A DNA stretch of 64,000 nucleotides from Botryllus schlosseri (GCA_051294905.1 CM119376.1:24924001-24988000); one strand, 5' to 3'; shown: positions 27,676 through 40,455, numbered from the stretch's first letter. Made by a program: numbers and translations. The notes: a model not told the origin generated them from the sequence alone.

Positions 27676-30600
27676 ATGAGCGGAGCTTTGAAATTGGAAA
27701 TTTACATTGCATTCGTTTTGGTAAGTCCCGGCGGGGAGAGCTGTACTATGTCTGTGAGTTGCATAATCGATATGCATAAATGGTATCACACTTACTATGT
27801 AGGTATAATCGATGACTGAAGCTTTATGAAAATTTCATGACTATGTCTCGCACTTGAACGACCCACGACGCCACGTGGTCTGAATGGTGCATATATGAGT
27901 AATTTAAATCGATATTGACTTCTCATGCTTCAACACTGGGCAGTAAGTACCCACCTATTACATTGTCATGGGTCGTTTTGCTGAAGAGGTCCATCAGTCC
28001 GCATGTCGTTGCCGTTTCTCCTAACTACGCGTAAGTAATTGTAACTTTAACTCTGTGTAAAGGAAACGGTGGTATAAATTGCAATCAAAGCAGCGTTAAT
28101 TAATGCCGACTCGTCGGACATGATCTGATCCCTAAAGACTCTTACTCTATCCGCTAATGCAGTATATTGCATGCAGATTATTTGTATATTTCCAGATTTC
28201 ATTAATTTCAAACTTGGAATCGAAGTTGGTACAGCCGCAAGATGTGTATGATCCGAATATCGATCTTCACAATATATTATGCCCAAGACTCCGAGGTGGG
28301 TGTATACGAGTTTGCGTCTTACCGACATCCAATTATTGACAAGAAGATTAAGCGGACTGTTGGCATAAGTATCAAAAGGATGGGTAAATATTCGATGCCG
28401 GTTGTAAAGTATTAAAGAACATATGTCCGTGGCTACTGGTAACTAATGCTATTTCGACGGAGGTAGCGTGTTAAATATGTTCCCATTTACGAATGCGCGC
28501 TGCAAAGTGTCGGAGTCGCGAGTATTCGAGATGTAAAAGATGTAAACATTGCGAAGGGCCGCAGTATACTTGTTGAACAAGTTGAAGTTGGCCGATACTG
28601 CATCGTAGCAATACCCTCTTATCGCAATGGTATCTTAGGACCCAGATACAATTTATGGTTAGTTTACAATTAGTCAAAACATCCCGATAACTTCATATAT
28701 GCAAATTGGACGACAAATACACAGCGGGAGAAAATCACCAGTGACCCTTCACGGATTTGACTTATTCATTGTGACGCCATTCATCTTCACTGTAGATCAA
28801 AATGCATATTCGCGACCTTTCTCCCCTTAACCAATTTCGATCCTGGCTATACCCCAATGCCACGCATCGATATATGTATTTTGTTTCAGACTACGAAGTT
28901 GTGATCCCTGAATTCTTGGACGAAGCAGGCAACAAACTGTATCTTCGTCATCATGCCGAAAAAACCTCAAGAGATCTGAAATATATCAGAATACCAACAT
29001 CAGATTGGGACTTTTTGATCCATTTGCGAAAGTCCAATCACATTATTGACGCGACCAGGTTCGCCGTGAAACTGTATAAAAACGGAACTGAAGTCCGCGC
29101 TGCTGGTGTCGACGTATCGGAAATCGATGGCACGTGTCTTTACGAAGGCGTCATCAATTCGGACTCGGATAAAACCGCTGCAATCTCCGTCTGCAACGGA
29201 TTGGTGATAGCCTAGATTCATGTGCTCTCGTAAACTATATGAGTAATGTATCCCGACACCTTTCAGAGAGCACTGCTTCGCGCAGACGATGATTATTTCG
29301 TGGAACCGGTCGAGGTTGGAGTTCGATCCAGTCAAGTCACATATGTATTCTACAGGAGAAGCGATATTATGCAAACAAACTCTTCGAATTGCGGTTCGAA
29401 CACCAAAAGGTTCATCTTCGACCTATGTCGATGCGCGCCAACTGCAGTTTTATAATCAACTCTCCGAAATTACACAGAAATGTGGAAGTCAATTCCAATC
29501 CGACTTGGCGAGATCGATTACATATGCTATCAGGGCAAACACGACAAAAGCGGGCTATTGCTCCTAGCAACAATCGCATTATCGAGACGTTAGTGGTTGT
29601 GGATAGCGCGATGATTAAGAAGCACAAATCTCAACACCGTACGGACGTCGTCAGTTATGTACTGACAGTGATGAATATGGTATGAGAATATTATTTGCCG
29701 TTAAGTATACACTGTTTAGTGTTTAGTTTACTTTCAAGGATTCGATGCTACTTGTATATAGACGTAACACGCGGCGCCAATGCTATCCCGGTTTCCGAAT
29801 TACACTTATCACAACGGGAGTAGTATGTGCAATTTTGATATCAATATATTCCGTCACCATATCGAATTAAAATTTATCGTTGGATTCCCGCCACGTTACG
29901 TTTGCTATGCAGAATACATTCCTAACGTTTGTTTGCTTCCTTGTATGTCGATCGCTGCACTAAAAATAGTTCGGTATGGGCAATTGGGCATACTAGAACT
30001 ACCACTGCTACTATTGTAGGGCCTGACTTGGTATTTACTAAAAGTATCGTAACATTGTTGATGTCGTTTAGGTGAACACATTATTTCACGACGCAACTCT
30101 GGATACACATTTAGATATATCCATTATTGGATTGGTCCTATTGGAAGATGATGAGGTACGTGATTACTGATTACAACAAAATGCATTTATATGAGAGAAT
30201 ATAGCATATATACTATCATGGCCAAGGGGAAAATTTAACTGATGCCTGTCACTTTAAAGGAGTTTAATATCGGACACAACGCCACATCGTCACTAACAAA
30301 TTTTTGCAAATGGCAATCGAAAAGGTCTTCAAACCTCTCCAAACGGCCAGATCATTCCATACTGTTAACTGGGAAAGACATTTGCATTGACAAGGACGGA
30401 CCGTGCGACACAATGGGTATTTAAATGACGCGCTCCACGGTGCCATGCACTTCTTTAATTCCATTGATTTGTCAGGCTTGGCGAAGACTAATGGGATGTG
30501 CATATTTGATGAGTCGTGTTCGATCAGCGAAGACACCGGGCTTGGATTGGGATTTACCATCGCACACGAGATCGGACATAGGTAATGCCATCCTGCGAAT

Positions 30601-33600
30601 CATAGCAGGACCTTATCCAGCTAGAGACCAATCATTATATAGTTTAGGTATCGCCCATGACGGAGAAGGAAATTCATGCACCAGAAGAGGCGGGTATGTC
30701 ATGTCGCCAACGATTAACTCTTACAATGGCGTGTTTTCTTGGTCTTCATGTAGTCGGAAGTCGTTAAAAGATTTTTTGAAGTACGCGCATTTTTAGATAC
30801 TCTCACGTAAACAAAGAGATTAACCATCTAATTATAATTAATCAAGAACCAATCAATCCCGATGCCTGTCAAATCTAGCGATCAATAGAACCGAATTTGA
30901 AGATCGGTGGGCAGACGAGCTACCGGGTCAGATCTACAATGCGGCCAAACAATGCGTTCTGCAATTTGATGTAAACTACACTGTGTGTCAATATATGTAC
31001 AAAGGTAACAAGGCAGGTATCATACGCGTTGTTTGATATCTTGTACCAAATTTCAAATTATTCTGTTCAATATTCAAAGTCCTATATATGCAAAATGTTA
31101 TGGTGCGCGGCGCCAGATGGAGCCTGTAAGACGAAGCACCTACCATCAAGCGAGGGATCGGAGTGTGGAGACGGCATGGTGAGGGAGGACTTGCTATTTC
31201 TTCTACTTGGTCTGTTTGTAATTCAACGGGGTTTAGTGGTGTCGCAGAGGAGAGTGCGTTACGTTCGGGTCCAGCGGTCCGCAACCAACGGACGGTGCTT
31301 GGTCTGCGTTCAGTCCGTGGACTAAATGCAGCAAAACGTGCGGGGTCGCAGTGAGAGAGAAACGACGCACGTGCGACAATCCTTCACCGCGTCACGGGGG
31401 GCGTCGCTGCGAAGGCGAAGATGTGCGCTATGAATTATGCAACACTATGGTAAATATTCCTACGTGTAGCGTAGGCTACTTCAAGTTTAAGTCAAAATCC
31501 GTGAAGAACCGATTACTCGCTTTGTATTCAAAAGGAATGCCCGTCACCGCACATGGATTTTCGGGCGGAACAATGCGCCGAATTCGATAAGAAACCATAT
31601 CGTTATAAATATTTCAAGTGGATACCGGCAACTCAGAGATTCTGGAAAAGCGGTGGGTGAACAGCAGAGGTACTTCTAGTTTTTTGGAGTACTCAAATAG
31701 GATTCGTCTACATGCATTACTTATACAAAAGCTGTTATGATTTTAGACTATAGAACAGTTATTGAGTCAAAACTACTAACTTTTACAATTCGGAAATTGC
31801 ATTACTTTTATGTGTTAAATTGTAGTAACACAACCCTGTATCACGGTTATGGAATATAGTTTGAAATATTGTGTGTATTTTCAGTGCCATAAATGTAATT
31901 TTGCATTAGCCGCTAATATACATCTTGCAATATCGAAAGTAGGCACCTGCTAAAATTATGCGACACTTTGACCAAATCTACTTTTTGAAATTACTGACTT
32001 GATTATTGGTCAGTCCTTTCATTTTCCATTTCCTCTTGAAATATTTGTTACATGACTTGGAAACTGCTACCTCTACTTGTATTTGAGTAGAGATTTACAC
32101 ATGGTTGTAATGACTCGAGTCCGACTCGAGTCACGATTTTCTGATGACTCGACTTGACTCGAGTCATTTTCTCAAAATACGAAAGTGACTCGACTCGACT
32201 CGAGTCAATCTGTGTATTGACTCGACTTGGACTCGATTCATTGCGCATGACTCGAGCCAAGTCATATGACTCGAGACACAGACGCCAAGACCGACATTTC
32301 ATTGTAATTTCGAAGAATAGTAAAGTAACCAACCAACCAACCACAATATTGGGATTTCGTCTATTGGTACTGGTACTTGAAAATGCGACCAAAAACTGCT
32401 AGAAGGGAGGAAAATTAGTATATATTATTAATGCGAACCTTTCGATATCACCAAACAGAGTTTTAAAAATGGGTTTAACTAGACTTTGACTGTAAACTGA
32501 GTAGTCATCACAATGACTTGGACTCGAACTCGAGTCATGATACCATGACTCGGACTCGACCCTCTGCTCGCTGACTTGGACTCGGACTTGACTCGGTGGT
32601 GAATTGAAAATGACTCGACTTGACTCCAGTCAAAAGTATAAAAGTGAGATTGACTTGTGACTCGAAGCCTTGCGACTTATGGTTACAACCCTATATAGTA
32701 TATACCGTAACATCGACTCATACATGACTAGTCTGGCCATCTCTGGTGCAAGCTCGCAAAATCGATTGCGCCAATCCCGTAATGCAACTCGCATACAGCT
32801 GCCGGGCCGTGTGAACTCATGTGTGAAGCGGAAGGTTTCGGATACTCCGTCGTTCTAGCGCCGCGGGTGATTGACGGGACGAGATGCGGAGAGCTCGATA
32901 ACAACGTTTGCATCGCTGGAAAATGCGAGGTGAGTCAAAGTCACCCGTTTCCGTATCACGGCCGATCAATTCTGCTGCTGTTCCGTGGCGATATATCAGC
33001 GCGTCGGATGTGACTTTCGCTTACACTCGAACGCGACGGAAGACCGGTGCGGTGTTTGCAATGGCGATAACTCAACATGCCGTTTTGTGAATGGATCGTT
33101 CACGGAAGACATCCACGAAAGTGGTGAGCAAATATACGCGAAACAACAAACCCTTTGTACAGAGAGAACGGTGGATTTGGAGCTTCTTGCGATGCTGCGA
33201 GCGTCTGTGCGACACCAATAGCCTTAACCTTAGCCCCTGACTAACATCAACCCGGGGCCTACGATACTTACGCCCTAATATATGGCACATTACACTTGCA
33301 GGATATAAGAGGACGACGCTTACAAAACAGACATCACGACTGACTCAATGATTGCTTGCGATCTCACTTCCCGATACCAGACGCCTCGCCATACAAGTCT
33401 AATAACAACCCAATTAAGAGCCAAGTGACAGCGTATCGTAGGCCCCGATCAACTTTATTAGACCCAAATCTGAGTTTCAATAGCATCTCGCGACCTAAGT
33501 CCCACACATCATAATAATTACTTTTCAATATTAGTATGCCACGTCTTTCCTGACATGTATGACTAAAGAACGCGCATACAATAGTTGTACGCAACGCGGC

Positions 33601-36600
33601 TCTATGAAACATGTCTAGCGCGCGCGATTTCAAACTGGGTGCATCATTTTCCTCTATGGGGGTCTTATTTGTACTGCGTTTGTACTACTGTTTAATCAAA
33701 TTGCTGCAAGTATGGGACTATTCGGTGCGGATCATTTGGACGACCGGACATATCAATAGCGGTTTTGACCAACAAGCAACGGTCCATTTTGGTCAAGTTT
33801 TTATCGCAGAAGATACCTTTAGCACCGCACTTTGCCCAGCCGTATGTTGGCCGAAAATGCATGCCTTAATGTGACCAAGCCGGAAGGGGTCGGCCTCGAA
33901 ATTCCGGCGTATATCATATATCCACATCCACCCACTGTAGACCCCCACTAACATATTCCAACGGTCTCCGTGGCGTTTTGCAGAGAAACCAATGTCGGAC
34001 AAATCTTGTCATTAATTAAAACCAAGTTACGTAATACAAAGGTCTGCAGTCGGCACATTTTCATGATCAAGTCATATTGCATAGTAACGGCTTTTTTGGC
34101 GTGTCCCGCTTATTTGCTATAGTACCAACACAGAGACCTCGGACATGGAAATATTCACAGGATAACGCGCCAGGCGCGACGATTTTTTTTGGGTACAAGA
34201 AATTCAACAAATATTACATGCATATTAAAAGATCGCTATGGTGCCGTCGCGACCCATACTTTACGAACCCCTGCTTGTAGCATGTAAGGGACTATCTCAA
34301 TATGAATGCATATAAATATTATGCCATTCATTTCAGAGTATTACACCGTCACCAATATTCCGAAAGGTGCCAGTAACGTATTCGTGCGCGAAGAATACAA
34401 TCGCGGACGGCTGGGTGCGTACATAGCTGCAAAACTGTCAACCACCGACCGGTGTGTATTTATATAGCATAACTTCTGGGCTATATATTCGAGACGCACT
34501 CTTGGAAAGGGTTTGAATGAACTGTTTGTTCTTTTCTTGAAGGTACTTTCTAAACGGCAATTGGAACTTAGACAGGAGTGATGAAATCTCAATTGCTGGC
34601 ACTCTATGGAATTACAGAAGAACATATTCTGAGGTTGAGACACTTTTTGCAAAAGGCCCAACTCGTGAAAACATCACAATCGAGGTACCGACCAGTGACT
34701 GGTATATCTTACTAGGATACATGCGACGTAAAATGCATAATCTGTTGCAGGCACTTGTCTTGCATAAGAATCCGGGTATCTCGTACTCCTATTACATATC
34801 CGAACCCCCACTCAAACAAGCGTCTGTCTCGACTAAGGCTCCGGCAACTTCCAAGGTTGAATATTCCTGGCATCAATACCTTACCCCGTGCTCAAAATCG
34901 TGTGCTGGAGGTTTGAGTACGTTAACCATCCTTAATACAACCCTTTTAACGCGAAAAGTTATACCACCCAGGACTTCAACGTACCGCACTATTCTGCCAA
35001 ACAGAATATGGAATAGATGCAGATAAGACGAGATGCTTGACTAAGCCTAAACCAGAGCCTAGAAGCCTATCCTGCAATACACATCCTTGTCAAGCCCAGT
35101 ATGTCTGAATGTATTTCTATTCGGAGAATGGGGTCAGTCGGTTTCACAAACGATTCTGGTTAAAGGTGGCTGGTGGGGAATTGGTCTGAATGTGATGTCA
35201 CCTGTGGAACAGGATTCAAGCAGAGATCAGTCAGTTGCGCTCAAGAGCGAGTAGGGGGATTCACCGCCTTGGTCGACACGCGCTGCGCTGGTGAACCACG
35301 TCCAGTAAGAAAAGAAGCTTGCAACCAGTCAATATGCACGTATTGGAAGAGCGGGAGGTGGTCTCAGGTAGCCAACACCAACATTCGCATTGATACATTT
35401 AACTTCGAATGAAATAAACTTATCATGGAATCGCGGATCGATAGCTGGATCACGACAACATATCGTAAAGTTGAACCACTAGTGCAGCGGTTCTCGACCG
35501 GGGGTCCGCGGACCCCTAGGGGTCCACGAAGCAATTTCAGGGGGTCTGCGAGACCTCTAATTTTTTTAAATTGTTGATAACCTAATTTTTATTTTTATTT
35601 TTTTTATTTGAGAAAGCATGAGGCAGTTTCGCACCACAACTGCTGAAACCTCATGACTAATATCATAATAATAACCGTCTGTTATGGACTATCGTAGTGT
35701 GGAAACTCATATTCATTGCAAATTTTCCAATAACCTGCTGATACAAACATAGTATATTGCTGTTTAGAGACGTTTTGTTGGGGTTTGTGGAAAAACTAAA
35801 AATATGGAGATAGTATTACGTCAATCAGGGTGACTTCGTAATGCCTGCGAAATCTTCTCCATTTGAAGTTGTCAGTCTCATCAAATTAGTGAACACAGTC
35901 GTTTGAAATAAAAATTTCCAAAGTATTTCCATAATTTTTCCCAATGCAAGAAACAGCTTCTTGGAGGAACATAACTTTAATATACAATTGAATAGTATAT
36001 TCATAATGAAATGAACCCGAATATTTTCGGCTGACACTCGTCATAAATCGGACAATGATATACCGGCTCTTAAAGCTCGGCTATCAGATTTGGCGCATTC
36101 TTATTGAGGATGCTCTATCGACAAAGCTGATTTTTTTATGAACAAGGAGTGTTTCGTTGCTATCAAAGCATTACGCTCTAACCCTGAAATTCATATCATC
36201 AGTATATTGGTATGCAGCCGTGTCTTGTTAATGTCCATGTTCATGGTCGAAAATGTTTGCTCGTAAATAGGCCTATATATGTAAACCCCAACAGTACAAG
36301 TTTCATGACAGTCTTTCTCTGGTTGGAAAACGTGGACCCATTTTTTGGAGCATAAAATTTGTCTCTACTTTTAGATTTGGATTTCACTTTGACGGTAGAA
36401 ACTCTCTGCGAGCCGAATCCGGCCCGCGGTCCGTATGTTGCCCGTCCCTGCGCTAGATGCTGGACGTGATATGTCCAGTAAATATCTGTTTCTTCATTTT
36501 GGTGCCGTAAATGTCGCGATCACACCAAAAGTATCGTCGGAAGTGTTCTGCGTTAATATTGCATTAGCTTCCATCTATCTTTGCGGAAATGGTTTTCGGC

Positions 36601-38389
36601 ACTCCTCGTTCATATCAAAACGAAGACGCAGATTTTCAAGACACGACCACGTACTTCAAGAAATACAGCAGCAAAATTAGCTTTGAAATAATAAAAGTCC
36701 ACCAATTTCTACTTAAATGTCATAAATAGTATGATGTTATCTTCAAGAAAAATCATTATTTTGCTGTTTATCACAAGCCTGCAGTTCATATTTGCACAAG
36801 ACAGATGAAGGTTGAACCATAATAGAGCTAAAATTGAACTAAAACTTGAGGGGGTCCGCGAGGGTCCGTGACGGTCAAAAGGGGTCCGCGAAGCCAAAAA
36901 GGTTGAGAACCACTGCACTAGTGTGTAAATAGCATCTTTATAGGTCATAATTCGCTTGTATAGTATAGGTGAAAATGTGGAGCCTTCAACGATGTTCTAC
37001 GACAAACAAAATTTCCGAAGATATCTCCTCTGTGGTAGGGGTTCTTTAAAAAGGGTCAAGGGGAGGAGTTGAGAACCCTTATGGCGAATATGCCAGTGGC
37101 AATGTTCGATCTAATTATTCACGAGTCTGCGCAAGCACACCAACTTACTGCGCGGTCCCTTGGACAGCAGTCCTTGATGGTGTACTTTGTTGTGCGCGGT
37201 ACAGAATTTTTGTGTGCGCGCGCAGCTTAGAGGAAATATTGGTCAGAGGTAATATGTGATACATTTAGGTCTAAGAAGCCAACCTGCTAGCTTTGCTCAT
37301 AACGGCTTTAGTCACAGTCATCTTTTATACACCGATTAATCCATTTCTTTGCCATTCAATTCAATTACAACCGTGCTATAATTTTGAATCAATGTGCAAA
37401 GCATAATAGAGACTACATGAACGTAATGAGATTGAGTATGCTTTCAAAATAAAAATATAATAGTCAAACGATCAAATATGTACTATAAAACGCATACAGT
37501 CATCTCGTCCGAATCCGACTGTTTTTTCAGTGTTCCACGTCATGTGGAAAAGGCTACCGCACTAGAGATGTGTTTTGTACCCAAGGAACTATTTCAATAT
37601 CGGACGCCGAATGCAAAGACACTAAACCACGTTCGAGAAAAGGGTGCCGCGTAGCTAAATGCCCGAAGATATACCAATGGCTCATACCGACATGGAGTGA
37701 AGTACGTCTAAGTTTGTCTCGATAGATAAATTAATGTATTACCAAATATCAATATCATTCTTTCGGGTTGAAGTGCTCCGTCACTTGTGGATCTGGTGTT
37801 CAACGAAGAAGAATAAGGTGCGGTAGGAAACTGAGAACAGGTAGTTACAAAGCAGTAAAAAAGAAACGGTGTCGTCACGTGACAAAACCAGAACTGAAGA
37901 AGCGCCGTAAATGCACCCGATCCGCTTGCAAGGTACTATCGTTACAGCTTGCCGCGGGAAATAGTACGAAATCTGAATGGATCGCAAGTAATTGGAGCAA
38001 GGTGCATTGTTTAGTTCGGATTTAAGCTGCGTGTACAATTTCCACATATGCTTCTTTACAGTGTTCGGCTACTTGCGGTATCGGAAAGATGACTCGAACG
38101 GTCAGGTGTGCTGGGTCCGAGAGACAAGAATGCTCTGACGAAAATAAGCCTGCCGTAATACAAGAGTGTGAAACGCGGCCTTGTCAAGGAGGTGCGGGGA
38201 TTAGTGATTCTGTTCCGGCTGAATATATTCCACTCTTTCATCGCAATTCGCAATTGTATATCTACAGAATGTAACGACTTGTTCGACTGGTGTGAGCTGG
38301 TGGTCGTTCATAAAGCGTGTTACCACTCCTACTTCGGAAGTAAATGCTGCAAGTCTTGTTATCACACGCCAGAAACAACAGAAGAATGA
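27676..38389 (+). CDS. ADAMTS16/18-like: ADAMTS16/18-like secreted zinc metalloprotease, paralog A (24 exons, ~1178 aa)
   Basis: Exons: 27676-27720, 28196-28295, 28890-29203, 29267-29409, 29478-29679, 30072-30155, 30260-30416, 30476-30581, 30643-30780, 30847-31012, 31080-31178, 31237-31449, 31535-31652, 32799-32929, 33000-33123, 34337-34451, 34543-34684, 34751-34910, 34972-35098, 35166-35367, 37531-37701, 37774-38001, 38062-38191, 38268-38389. Total 3537 nt, one open frame. Motifs: signal peptide [20 protein letters not shown]; furin site RQKR; HEIGHSLGIAHD; Met-turn VMSP; central TSR; Cys-rich domain; spacer ([15 protein letters not shown]); 5 C-terminal TSRs; PLAC (CNDLFDWC...CCKSC). The 29409/29478 junction is the least certain. 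Confidence 0.93.
32100..32693. mobile_element. hAT-like MITE with GACTCGAGTC/GACTT arrays in a paralog A intron
   Basis: Ends catggttgtaa/ttacaacccta; dense GACTC arrays at both ends; TSD not preserved. Confidence 0.75.
33850..34000 (-). pseudogene. Possible decayed C-terminal fragment of an RTE-like retrotransposon ORF
   Basis: Translation ...[18 protein letters not shown] loosely resembles the RTE C-terminal GR..RW.D.I..D motif. Confidence 0.2.
35485..36915 (+). mobile_element. Internally deleted Buster/Charlie hAT element in a paralog A intron
   Basis: TIR cagcggttctcgacc/ggttgagaaccactg; perfect palindromic TSD cactagtg; GGGGTCCGCG subterminal motifs. 36520-36600 reads [24 protein letters not shown], resembling the hAT C-terminal dimerisation motif (LPFxSTYLCExGFS). 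Confidence 0.9.
36039..36200 (+). pseudogene. Penelope-like retroelement ORF fragment inside the hAT element
   Basis: Reads [52 protein letters not shown]. This resembles the pre-RT segment of Penelope-like elements that precedes the (K)PDKG motif; recognised from memory only. Confidence 0.5.
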
Positions 38390-38651
38390 ACTATTCAATC
38401 TGCGTTTACGTCAGCATTGGGACGTATATCTGCGTCCATGATTGAAGCGATATGAGTCCCGATTCGTGTCGCGCGTATCTGATCTTCGTCGTATATCGTG
38501 AATGAGTGGGATTTTGTCTGTGCCGCTCAGCACAGTGTATATGTGTCCCTTACCGCGTGTTGCGTCCGCGTTGGTCGCTTTGTCCAAGTGATTTGATCGA
38601 ACATGTGAACGGGTAGCCGTGTAAACACTTGACAATGTCTGCGCTTCTATT

Positions 38652-38657
38652 AATAAA
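38652..38657 (+). terminator. Putative polyadenylation signal AATAAA for paralog A
   Basis: Canonical AATAAA about 260 nt after the stop codon. Confidence 0.5.
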
Positions 38658-39561
38658 AATATATGGACTCTTGCCAAGACGGTAGCCTGATATAAACATA
38701 GCAGGGGTCGCCGATTTGTCTCGACAAATTCGTTGTGTATTCGAATGATGCGACGCCTTCGCCCTTCCCCTTCATTTCCACGAAGTGCACCAACGGTCAG
38801 ATGGGATATCTAGTTGTGACTTGGGATATTGCGGTTACGGATATCAAAGACTGCGAACAAAACCAACAAATATACTTTAGATAACAAAATCGGATGTTCG
38901 CGAGGATATAGTAAATATTTGCATGCAAACTTATGCATGCTTTGTTCTCTCTTTGCGCAACACATCAAACTGTCTGCACGGGTCTTCGAGGAAGACCACC
39001 GGTCAGATTCTGTTATTCAGGTTTCTTGTTTCGTATGTAGCCCTTTATTCGTACTTCGCGTTGTGAACCATGAGGTGGCATTATCCAGTAATATATTCAA
39101 GTTGCAAAGTGTGATCGCTGTGCAGAAAACAATGTTACTTTAATTAACAAGATTTACCATCACCAGGTCTTGAATTGCAGGTTTGTGAACTCGACAAACT
39201 ACACTATCACACCTAGAAAAATATTTTGATTAAACGTAGCCGCAAATGTCAGTTTAATGGCCTTTGATGGTCCGCGGAGTAATTACATACCGGTGTTTGC
39301 GCAAACTCACTTATCACCAGTGTGTTTGACGCATGGCCTGCAATAACTTTTGCGGGATTATAGAAGACTCAAGTGGCACAACATAGGAAAGTAATATCGC
39401 TTGACCACATCAGACTCACGTGATTTACCACAATTTGTACTATAGTGGCTTATGTACCATATGGTGTCTGAAGTGGCTACATATCAGCCGGGTATCATTC
39501 TGAAGACGCTATGATATATATAGATAACTTCACCACATCTCATATAACTCATTTTGATGAT

Positions 39562-39567
39562 TTTATT
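39562..39567 (-). terminator. Possible polyadenylation signal for paralog B
   Basis: AATAAA on the minus strand about 890 nt past the stop codon. Another candidate lies near 39044. Confidence 0.3.
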
Positions 39568-40455
39568 GAAAAATACTAAAACTTGGCGGTATTAAAAATC
39601 ATACTGCAGCATAAATAACATAAAATAGGAGAAAATATCAATAACATTAAATAAACGAGTCACAGTGCTGGTAACGTTGTAGAGTCAGTGCAGACAACGG
39701 ATGCACCGACTGGTATATTCTTTAAAAGCGTAAGAAATATCTGGCATATTAGAAATTCGAGGCACACGAGCGCAGTGAATATAGCATCGCTTCTCAATAC
39801 AACACAAACGAAATGGCACTTCAACATTCAGTGACGCTCTCGCTCAGCAAGAACGTCCAGTTATTTGATCTTCGTAATGTTATCCTTGTTGTTCATTTTT
39901 CATGGAGTTCTGACTAGGATGATCACTAACACCGGGCGTATTATACCCTCATTTCATCTTACCACGCCCTTACTTTGGTTCTAAGCTTTGCAAGACACTG
40001 GCTTGGGCAGCCGAGATAGACCTAATCATACAGGTATTACAGAGCAGGACATTACATCCGTAAAGTGTCGTTAGTATCAAAACCACAGTACTCGATTTAC
40101 CCGTTCACAGCATAGTTTGGAAAAAGGTACGCGGCAAATCTCCTGCACTATTTGAAGATAGGTACAGAACTTAATAAATTTTCACCAATTTAAAATAAAT
40201 ATGTGAGCCGCGAAGGCAAGCAGTGTTATATGAACAGCCGTAACCGCTGTATTTACGAGCGGTACGTAAACCATGCCACCAGGGCTATGGAACTGATAGG
40301 CGCTTCTATCGTGCGAGTGATATCAATCTACATCCATCTGTATTGGCTTCATACTGGTTTCGGATTGCTTTCTTCGACAAACCGAGGACCTTCAGACATT
40401 CACCAACGATGCGCGAAAGGGCATTCTCAAGCATTCGGACTCGAAGGCGTCTCCT

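Noticed and set aside
28157-28195. ATG 28157 as the gene A start
   Set aside because: It overlaps a strong acceptor (tatatttccag). Exon 27676-27720, with a gtaagt donor, gives a better signal peptide and mirrors gene B exon 1.
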